Shown piece after piece: positions 1-10,000 of a stretch of 64,000 nt of DNA. Position 1 is the first letter of the stretch. Each line of letters starts with the position of its first letter. The translations under genes and the position numbers were made by a program. Under the pieces are notes generated by a model, which saw only the letters and a program-made list of their open reading frames with translations, did not search any database and was not told where the DNA came from. This stretch comes from Callorhinchus milii (lineage: Eukaryota), in assembly GCF_018977255.1 (NCBI RefSeq), contig NW_024704742.1:124746001-124810000 (forward strand), in the 5' to 3' direction.

Positions 1-770
1 AAGGCGGGGGATGTAAAGCAGGCTGGAGCCCGCTGAGCGGATAGGTTGGTAGCGGGTCACAGAGGTAGTGAGGAGCAAGGCCATGGAGGGCCTTGAAGGT
101 AAGGACCAGGATCTTAAACTGTATACTCTGAGTGATGAGTGAGCTAGTGGAGTCGGGTGAGGATAGAGTCACAGAGCCTGGTGCGGAAGAGAACATGGGC
201 TGTAGAGTTCTGGATGATCTGCAGCCTGTGGAGGGAGGAGTTGGGGAGGCCGACAAGGAGGGAGTTTGTGCAGTCAAGCCTCGATGTGATGAACATGTGA
301 ATGAGGGTCTAGGCAGCCTGCATTGAGAAACAGTGACGGAGACGGGCAATGTTGCGGAGGTGGGAAAAGGTGGTGAGGGTCATGCCCAGATGTGGGGGAT
401 GAAGGACAATTGAGGATTGAACAGGACGCCAAGGTTCTGTGTTGGCTGCGTGAAGTGTAGAGTGCATCCATGAAGGGCGATGCTGTCAGTGCTCGAGATA
501 TGGAGGTGCTGATGGGAGCTAAGGAGGAGGACCTTGTTCTTGTTGACATTCAATTAGAGAAAGTTAGCTTTCATCCAGGACTTTAGCTTTCATCCAGGAT
601 GTCCGAGAGGCAGTCTGTGAGGACAGCAGTGGTCCTGGAGTCAATGGTATAGGCGGAGAATTGGTTGTCATCCGTATACATGTGGAACTTGACCCCATGT
701 GTACGGGTGATTTCACCAAGAGGGAGTATGTTGAAAAGGAGAGGACAGAACCCTGAGGGATGTCACACGT
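1..770 (-). mobile_element. L2-clade LINE fragment (RT 3' region)
   Basis: Decayed PQGSVL and HGVKFHMY.DD remnants on the minus strand; reverse complement of the 1335-2090 copy. Confidence 0.85.
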
Positions 771-920
771 CCCATTACATCCCACCTGTGGCTATTCAGC
801 GATTTCTATTGGACAACACTGCTTTAGGCCTAGGTTACACTTTTAAAACAAAACATGCAACTTCTAGGCCCTCGTAGTGGTAGGTCTGATCCTTTAGACT
901 CATTTTCCTGATTTACTTGC

Positions 921-1057
921 CAACATGTAGAAGAGATGTTTTGTACAGTGAGAAGAAAACACAGTGACATTTCTTTGGATCTTCCTTTCATGAGTTTCAT
1001 TAAATAGTCCCCTGGACACACGCCTTGCAGAGTCTATTGTTGTGTTATATTCAAGAG
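921..1057 (-). CDS. ITGA1: ITGA1 exon equivalent to human 17 ([46 protein letters not shown]), GC donor
   Basis: TTGCAG| acceptor, TTG|GCAAGT donor, 137 bp; homologous to human DLQYRVTLDSLRQISRSFF...CTKHSFYML. Confidence 0.88.
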
Positions 1058-4000
1058 CTGCAATAAAACAGATAATATGTATTGAATTAATTTGGCATCA
1101 AAATTCTGGAATTCCTAAACGCGTTGTTTGATTTCCCTGGTGAGAAATAAAGAATGAATAGGTTTAGGAACACAGGGCAACTTTGTTATAACGTAGTGTC
1201 TCTGATCCAAAAAGTTAGACACAGGGTTATAATGGTCCATGAAAACAAATGGCCACCAGTCTCCCTTCCGGGGATCATCGAAGCCGCTTCTCCTCTGACT
1301 TCTCCTCCAGCCCCCCGCACCATTTTGTGCGGTGCTCCTTGGGGCTTTCTTCTTCAACCTGTATATGCTCCCTCTTGGTGACATCATCCGCAGACATGGG
1401 GTCAACTTCCACATGTGTGTGGATGGCACCCAACTCTATCTCTCTGCCTCCACCCTCGATCCCAGAACCACTGCTGTCCTGACAGACCGCCTGTCAGACA
1501 TCAAGTCCTGGATGAGGGCCAACTTTCTACAGTTGAACGTCAGCAAGTCTATGGGTTTCCTGATTGGCTCAAGCCAGCGCCTCTGCACCTCATGCACTGG
1601 CAGCATCAGCAATACTCCACCTCACCAAGCCAGTCAGGAACCTAGGTGTCTTGTTCAACTCTCCACTGTCCTTTTTCCCTCACATCTGTGCCATGACCCG
1701 CTCTGCCTTCCTCACCTCCGCAACATTGCCCAACTCCACCACTGCCTCACTACTCAGACCACCAAAATCCTCATACATGTCTTCATTACATCCAGGCTCA
1801 ATTATGCCAATGCCCTGCTTGTCGGCCTTCCCAACTCTTCCCTCCACAAACTGCAGATCATCTAGAACTTTGCAGCTCATGTCCTCTCCCGCACCGGACT
1901 CTGTGACCTCATCACACCCACTCTTGCTCGGCTCCACTGGCTCCCCATTCCTCAGAGAATGAGTTCAAAATTCTCATCCTCACCTTCAAGGCCCTCATGG
2001 TCTTGCCCCTTCCTACCTCTCCGACATGCTAACCTCTTATCAACCTGTCCGCTCCCTCCGCTCAGCAGGCTCTGGCCTGCTCCATGACCTCTGGCTGGAC
2101 TGACCCACCATCGGCGGTCGGGCCTTCAGCCTCTCTGCCCCCATCCTCTGTAACTCCATTCCACATTCCCTTCACCTCGCTCCCTCCCTTGCCTCCTTCG
2201 AGGCATGCCTCGACCCTCCTCTTTGGCCACCATCTAACCCCCACCCTCCCCGTCCTCCACCCTCCCTGATCCCAACCCCCCCACTCCCACGCTCGGGTCC
2301 TACTCCCTGACTGTTCAACATCTTGGGACATCCTCCTGATGTGAGAGGCGCTTCCCAAATGTAATTTTGGATTGTATTGTAACGAGTCGCCACTATCGTC
2401 ACTTCCTACACATAGTGTGCATGCACAGGAAGTGACATCAACAATGTTTCCTGCGTATAGCGAACATGTAGGAAGTGACGTCAATACTGACGATACCTGC
2501 CTTTCAACCCAAAAGCTGGCAATTTAGTAATTGGTAGTCAGTGCCGGAAGCCAGGTATACAGCACTTCCTAATTTACAGTGGATCCACACTACAAGCGAA
2601 CCCGTGCTCAACTGGGGCACATTTTAATGGGGTCATCTTGTACTGCAATTCCTATCTCCTTATGATCAGCTCCTTAAATATAATGTATAGTCTATGCAGT
2701 GCCACAGTGAATGTATCTTTTCTATATGGAAAACATTTAGCATGAGGTATCATTCTCAAACAAACTACATGCTACAGAATAAAATAATGAGACAAAGTTG
2801 AAGGGTTAATCAACGCAGTAGCCTTCTGCCAGCTGTGAGCTGGAATAAGTATTCGTTCTGTGGTTAGTTCACACGTAAATTGGTCTATTCATAGGCAGTC
2901 GGTGACATAATTTTATTTGCCCAGAAAAATGCAGACTGTTTACAGATATTCAATAGATTTGTCAATGTAAGTCCAAAAACCTTGGCTTATCAAGTTGACA
3001 TTCTGGAATTTCACAGTGCCTTGTGTAGACACATGGGTTGACCACAGGTCATTCAAGACAACTCGTTGAAAGACTCATTTCTATGATTCATTATTATCTG
3101 AGCAAATGGAGACCGTTTTGTTAAAAGATATTTTCTCTCACCCATTTTCTTCCTTCTCTCTCCTTAAGGCACCATGCATACTGGGGATACTAAATAATAA
3201 TAGTAATTTAATAATAATAATAATAATTTGATCACTCAATCCACGACTGGTTATGGGACACTGCTGTTCGCAATTGGCTGCCACGTTTTGCCCACAAGAT
3301 GCACAGTCAATCCAGTTTACAATAGATTCTGCGAAGCGCTTTGAGACATCTCAATCACATGATAAGATGTTATATCAAATGCAAGGATTATTATTATTAT
3401 TACTGTTCTCTAGGTGCTGGCAACTCTCTAGTTCTTGTCCAAGTGACTGTTCCTTCTGGATTAGCCTGAATAATGAGTCTTGACAGGTTATTTGATGGAT
3501 GGCATTACAGCTGAGCCAAATCCTTTACTTACATCAGATGTGAAAGTATTTAAACCTTCCAACAAGTCACTGGATAGTGACCAGAGCATTGATACCATGT
3601 AGCTCCCCTACAGTATTCTGACTGTAAGGTTGCCAGAGAGCAGACCACGGTAACTTTGACACCAATGGTCGGGATAGAGTGAGTAAAGAGAGAGCAGTGG
3701 ACTAGATAACAACAACAACAAATTACATTTGTAAAGCGCCTTTCATGTCGGGAGGTTGTCCCAAGGTGCTGGACAGTGTTTCGGATCCGAGCTGGGGGTC
3801 GGGATTGGGGAGGGTGGACTGTCTTGAATGAGGAAAGCGAGGAGACGAGGCAGAGGGACTGCAGGATGGAGTTCCAGAGGGTAGGAGTAGAGTGGCAGAA
3901 GGCCCGCCCGCCAATGATGGGGCGGGCAATGCGGGGGAAGGTGAAGCAGGCCGGAGCCTGCTGAGCAGAGGGAGGGTTCAGGATGGTAAGGGGTTAGGAG

Positions 4001-7000
4001 GTCGCAGAGGTAGGTGGGAGCAAGGCCATATTGGGCTTTAAAGGTGAGGACTAGGATCTTGAACTGTATCCTCTGTGTGATGGGAAGTCAGTGGAGTCGG
4101 GCGAGGAAAATAATAATAATAATAATCCTTGCATTTGATATGGCGCTTTTCACGTTTTCTAGACGTCCCAAAGCGCTTCACAGAATATACTTTAAAGTGA
4201 ATTGACTGCATGTTTGTAGGCGAACGCGGCAGCCAATTGTGCACAGCAGTGTCCCACAAACAGTCATGGATTGAAAATGACCAATTTATTATTGTTTTAT
4301 TTTTTGGAGGGATTATTATTATGCGTGTGGAGTAAGGAAACTTGCCCAAGGTTTTGCCCTCTGCCTGGAATCGAACCCAGGTGTCTCACTTGCAAAGCAA
4401 GTGCTCTAACCACTGAGCTACAGGACTCCACAAACCTCTCTGAGGGTGATAGGGTCATGGCGTCTGGTGCGGGAGGGACACAGGCTGCAGAGTTCTGGAT
4501 GATCTGCAGGCTATGGAGGGAGGAGTTGGGGAGGCCGACAACCAAGGAGTTTGCATAGTCAACCTCGACATGTATGAGGGTTTCAGCGGTCTGCAGTGTG
4601 AGTCAATGGCGGAGCTGGGCAATGTTGCGGAGGTGGGAGAAGACAAGCGGGTCATGTCATGGATGTGGGGTAGAAAGGATAGTTGAGGGTCAAACAAGAT
4701 GCTAAGGTTCCGGACTGGCTTATTAAGGTGGATTATGCAACCATGGATGATGATGGTGATGAAAGATCTCATCCAGCACTTTCCAGGCAGGGCGAAACCT
4801 TGGGCAAGTTTCCTTACTCCACACGCCTAATAATAATCCCTCCAAAACCCAAAACAATAATAAAAATTGGTCATTTTCAATCTACAACTGTTTGTGGGAC
4901 ATTGCTGTGCACAATTGGCTGCCGCGTTTGCCCACAAATATACAGTCAATTCACGTTACAGTGTGCTCTGTGAAGCGCTTTGGGACGTCCTCCCGACGTG
5001 AAAAGCGCTATATCAAATGCAAGGATTATTATTATTATTATTATTATTGATGTCTGACAGACATTCTATCAGGACAGTAGTGGTCCTGGAGTCGAGGGTG
5101 GAGGCAGAGAGGTAGAGTTGGATGTCATCCACATATATGTGGAAGTTGCCCTGTCTGCGGATAATGTCACCAAGAGGGAGTATATAGATGTTAAAGAGGA
5201 GGGAACCAAGTACAGAGCCCAAAGGAACACCGCACTTGCAGGGGCTGGAAGAGAAAACATTTGTGGAGATGAAGTGGAGGCAGTTTGAGAGGTATGATCT
5301 GAACCATTCAAGGCCAGAACCGTGAAGGTTGAGGTGAGAGGATAGGCAGTGGATGAGGATAGAGTAGTCAATGGTGTCAAAGCCAGCAGAGAGGTCAAGG
5401 AGGATGAAGAGGCAGAGGGAGCCCTGGTTACAGATGTACAGAATGTCATTTGTCACTTTGACCAGGGATGTTTCTGTGCTACGGGCGGCATGGAAACCCG
5501 ATTGGAGGGGTTCGTGAAGGGAGTGGTGGGAGAGGAAGGAGCAAAGCTGGGAAGCAACAACTCATTCCAGGACCTCGGAGAGGAAAGGGAGGTTGGAGAT
5601 GGGGCAGTAGTTTGCGAGCAGGAATGGGTCCAGGGAGGGTTTTTTAAGGATAGGAGTGATGACGGCTGTGTTAAATGGGGTGGGAATGGTTCCAGTGGAC
5701 ATGGAGAGATTTATGATGTCTGTGAGTAGAGGGTCAAGGAGGTGGAGCTGGGAGGTAAGGAGAGAGGTAGGGATGGGGTTGAGGGAGCAGGTGGTCGGTT
5801 TCATGCAGGTTATAGTGTTGATGAGAGAGGAGTGGGAGCCAGGTTTGAAGGTGTGGAAGGAGGGATGGGTAGGGCCCAGAGTAAGAGGGGGAGATGGGGA
5901 GATGGTAGTAGGTGGAAGGGCAGATGCAGCTAAGCGGATCCCCTCAACTTTGGATTCGAGGAAGTCCACCATCGCCTTGCAGTTGGCATGGAGGTGAGGA
6001 TGGGCGAGGCATGAGAGGATGGGCGGAAGAGCCAGTTGGTGGTGGAGAAGAGGAGTAATGAATGATAATACTGAGTAATTAATGATGTCTTTTTAGTACG
6101 TTGTAGTTGTGGTTTGACAATTCCATAAAACCACAGTCAATACTCAAAGCCAATTCTGATCAGAATGTTTCTCATAAAAAGCCAAACAAAACCACAGCAG
6201 TAATTTCATAAGCTCATAAGATCTCAGGAGTCAGAGAAACCAATGTTTATCTGTTTAGTATAGCTTTGTAAGCAAGGGATGGATGTGATGATCTATTTTT
6301 GTGCCTGATAATATTCTGGGATGTTTATTGGCTAGTCCAGTTATGACTCATGTGGAAACCCATGACTATGCTTAAGAGTATCCAAATCTGACTGAGGTTC
6401 CATGCATCCCACCCACACATGGAAATTTCAAAGATAGATTGTTGGAATGGAATGTCCGCCCTCTCCCTGGAGGGACCCATCCTGCTTACCTAATTCTGAA
6501 AAGTATTAGGCACAGGTTGGCAGGAGCCAAGGCTTGAGGACCCCAGAGTATGCGTTGATGTTGCTGGAGTCTAACTAGCTAAAACTGCATTACTTGCTAT
6601 TGATAGCTCTGTCTGGCAAGCTTTTCTGCTGCTTGTCCAGCTAAACCCACCCTACCAATTGGAGCTTTGGCTTGCAGACTTAACAACAGCTGAGTGGGAG
6701 GATTCCCTGCATCCAAGAATTGGTCAGTCCTTCCAAGAGCTGCGGATGAGCCAGGCTGACTGTGCTGTAATCATCTGTGCCCTGGAGGAACGCACCCTGC
6801 TTATTTAATTCCAGAGAGTATTAGGCACATATCAGTAAGAGCTAATCCTTGGAGATCTCTGTGTGATGGAGTACTGCTGGAGTTTAACCAGCTAAAACCA
6901 TATAATTTGCCATTGAGAGTACTATTAGGAAAACTTCCCGCCAGCTAGGATCATCAGGACTTTGATTTTTAGAGTTAACAGGAGTCAAGTGGCAAGCCCA

Positions 7001-10000
7001 TCCAAGTCCTGAAGATGAGCTAGGCCAGCTGGTCTATCATCATCAGCCTGGGCCAGGAACCAGATGATTGAGTTCGTCACAAAGAGTTGGCTCGATTCCA
7101 CATTTATTGCTAAGCACAGCAACATGGAGCCAGGAGGAGAATCCACTTAGCTCCCACCCAAAGAACAACAATTTGCATTTATATAGCACCCTTAATGCCG
7201 GTAATATCTCAGGAGTGCTTAAAAGAAAAAATGGGAATTTTGTACATGCAAAAGCTCAGAGGCACTATACCTCTGCAGAATAGGCTTAATAACTAATTGG
7301 CTTTATGAAAGGGAATGACACTATTTCTGTGAACTTACCAATCGACTGTTTTGGCTCCTTGTCAGGCTTTAGACGAACTCTGAAGCAAATCTCCATTGTG
7401 ACACAAACAGTCTGCCTGCCAGATATCTCACAATTCTTATTCTGGATATTAATCTTGTTTGGGCTAAATCGCAACTCAACTGTCACTTGAGCTATGTCAC
7501 GGGACCTGTCAGAAGATTTAAAATATAATTCACTAAAAGCATACGGTTACTTCCAACAGTCCTTTTATACATCAGTATTTAATATATTCTTAAAAACATT
7601 TAATTCTATTCTATGATTTTTTATTTTCTATTGCAGATGAGTTGGTTCCATGAATATCCGAGGACCGGAAAGGCAATGGAAAATGTGCTGATTTCAGTGA
7701 ATTTAAGGAACGGTTTCAAAAAGTGGCTCCTCTCAAAAAATGATTCTGTTACAATTAAGTACGTCTAAATAAAATGATCATCATTCTTCCACATGTATCA
7801 GTTGTTGGTCAGAGCTCTGTGTAAAAAAACACATGGGGTAACAGGACTTTGTGAACATCCTGTGGCTCCAGGTGAAATTTCTTTCCAATAAGGGAGTGAA
7901 ATTGAGTTTTTGAATGAAGCGCCAATTTCTACCCACAGAATTCCCAGTCCCTACATTTTAGAGTAAATCCTTTGAAGCTTTTTTTACAGTAAAGTGAAGC
8001 TTACTTTGAGACATCCTCCTGATGGGAAAGGCGTGACATCAAATGCAAGGAATATTATTATTACATTATTGATTACAAAAAAAACTAGAGCACAAGATCT
8101 TACAATAATGAAATTCCATTGCTTTGGTAATTCATCAGTGCTGCACGGAGTTAAAAAAAAAGCCAGACTGCAACAGTGGGATCAATAGAGTACAGGATAT
8201 ACAGTACTGTAGTTACAATGTACACATGATACCAACCAGAAGAGGGCAGCACCACCCAGCGCTCCCACAGTAACATCCACCAGACCGTCATTGTTCAAAT
8301 CCATCTGTCCGTCAATAGATTGGCCAAAATACTTGAGGTCAACCTCTGGCGCTGACGTGGAGATGTACTATTAAGAAAAGGCATTTGATTAACTGAATCT
8401 GTCAAGGCAATGTACAAAAGATCCAAAGATTTTTTACTTTGCTTTCTTCGTTTTGTGATCGCAATATCCCATTTTTTGGTTATCTGTACGATTAAGAAGT
8501 AACCTATGTACTGTTGCTATGTGCCTATAGTGGGGGCAGAGTTTCATAACAGAATGAATGTGATAAATGCACAAACCTCGCATTCTCATTCAATGCTGGG
8601 ACAGAGACTCTAAGTTTGTGTGTTCTGCAGGAGCCCAGGCTACACAATAGCACCTGGTGGCTAAATTCAGAGCTTCGAAAAAATGTTCATGAAGCAAGCA
8701 TTGGCTGTATATATCACTGGGTCACATACCACACACATTGTCAAAACCGGGTCACTCGCAGTCATCTGTTTGCACAATCACATGCAAAGCCCTGGAGTTA
8801 TATGGCTATAAAATTTCCAGTAGGAATTAACTGTGTCCAGAATCTGCTCTGCAGATGGAGAATCTTCTTCACATTCCCAGCACTGACGATGGCTCTACTT
8901 CAGCCGCTGGCTATTTCTGGTGGAATTCTCTTGTAATTAAATATGGGTTGGTTTCCAGATCTTTAATGAGACACGGCATCTTAGATCTTTCCTTAATAAT
9001 TGGTCCTTTCTCTGCTTCCCAGCGCCTTGGGACGTTCTCCCGACGTGAAAGGCGCTATACAAATGTAATCTTGTTGTTGTTGTTTTAGGTCCCCAGCATC
9101 ACACACCATTCCCTGACCAGGAAATGTCAATTTGGGCTGTACGTGGTCATCAGTATTACTGCTAAATGTATTGCATGGCCTCTGGCCATCCATCTCTTAA
9201 GCCCACTGCTAACCACCGTTGGGAGCTTGGGCTGGTTGGACTTTTTCTTCAGTGTTCTCTTTGGGATGAAAATTACGATTAAAGATGATTATTACCGCTG
9301 ATAAATATCACATCACAAAAAATTCTGCCACATTCAAAGCTCATATGTGCAGCCAGCCCACTCACTTCTGCTTGCCAGATGCTGTCTGTACTAAAATGGC
9401 CGACTTTTGGATCATTAGGTCATTGCCAATGTCACTTCCATTATTTGCACATGTGCAGCAAACCTGAAGTGCTGTTGATGGTGACCTGATAACCTTTTTT
9501 GTTTTAACTCAGGATCTAGCCAGCACACAGGAAGCACAGTGAAACATAGATCAGGATTTTATGGATCCCAAACACTGCATTATATTGAGGCTCTGCTGTG
9601 CTAAAAGTTCCTCAATTATATATGGTTTCCATTTGTCTAGCATGGAGTCCCACTCTGTCTCTAGAGGACCATACTCTGCTTTACCTAGTCCTGATTAGAA
9701 GATCATTTGCCTTCTTTTATCTTGCACCACCAACACCTCTGATCTCATCACCTCCTGTCCTCCACCTAAGCTTTTCCTTTGTCTTTCTTTCCGCACCCAC
9801 TTCTCTACTTGTCCTTATAATCTGCTCCCTTCCAACATCCCCCAATTCTGACGAAAGGTCATCGACCTGAAACGTTAGCTCACTTTCCTCTCTCCATAGA
9901 TGCTGCCTACACGCTGAGTGTGTGTTCCCAGCAACTTCTGTTTTTTTTCCTGATTAGAAGATGCTGACTGACATAGTTGTGAGTTTCCATTGTTTGGGAT

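Noticed and set aside
563..600. Short local direct duplications (563-600, ~17443-17490, ~24405-24492, ~53201-53252)
   Set aside because: Two-copy ~19-45 bp slippage-type duplications with no sign of function.
1332..1865. 177 aa RT-like ORF and similar ORFs at 5013-5972 and 12683-14982
   Set aside because: Frameshifted fragments of L2 and CR1 ORF2; no intact retroelement ORF.
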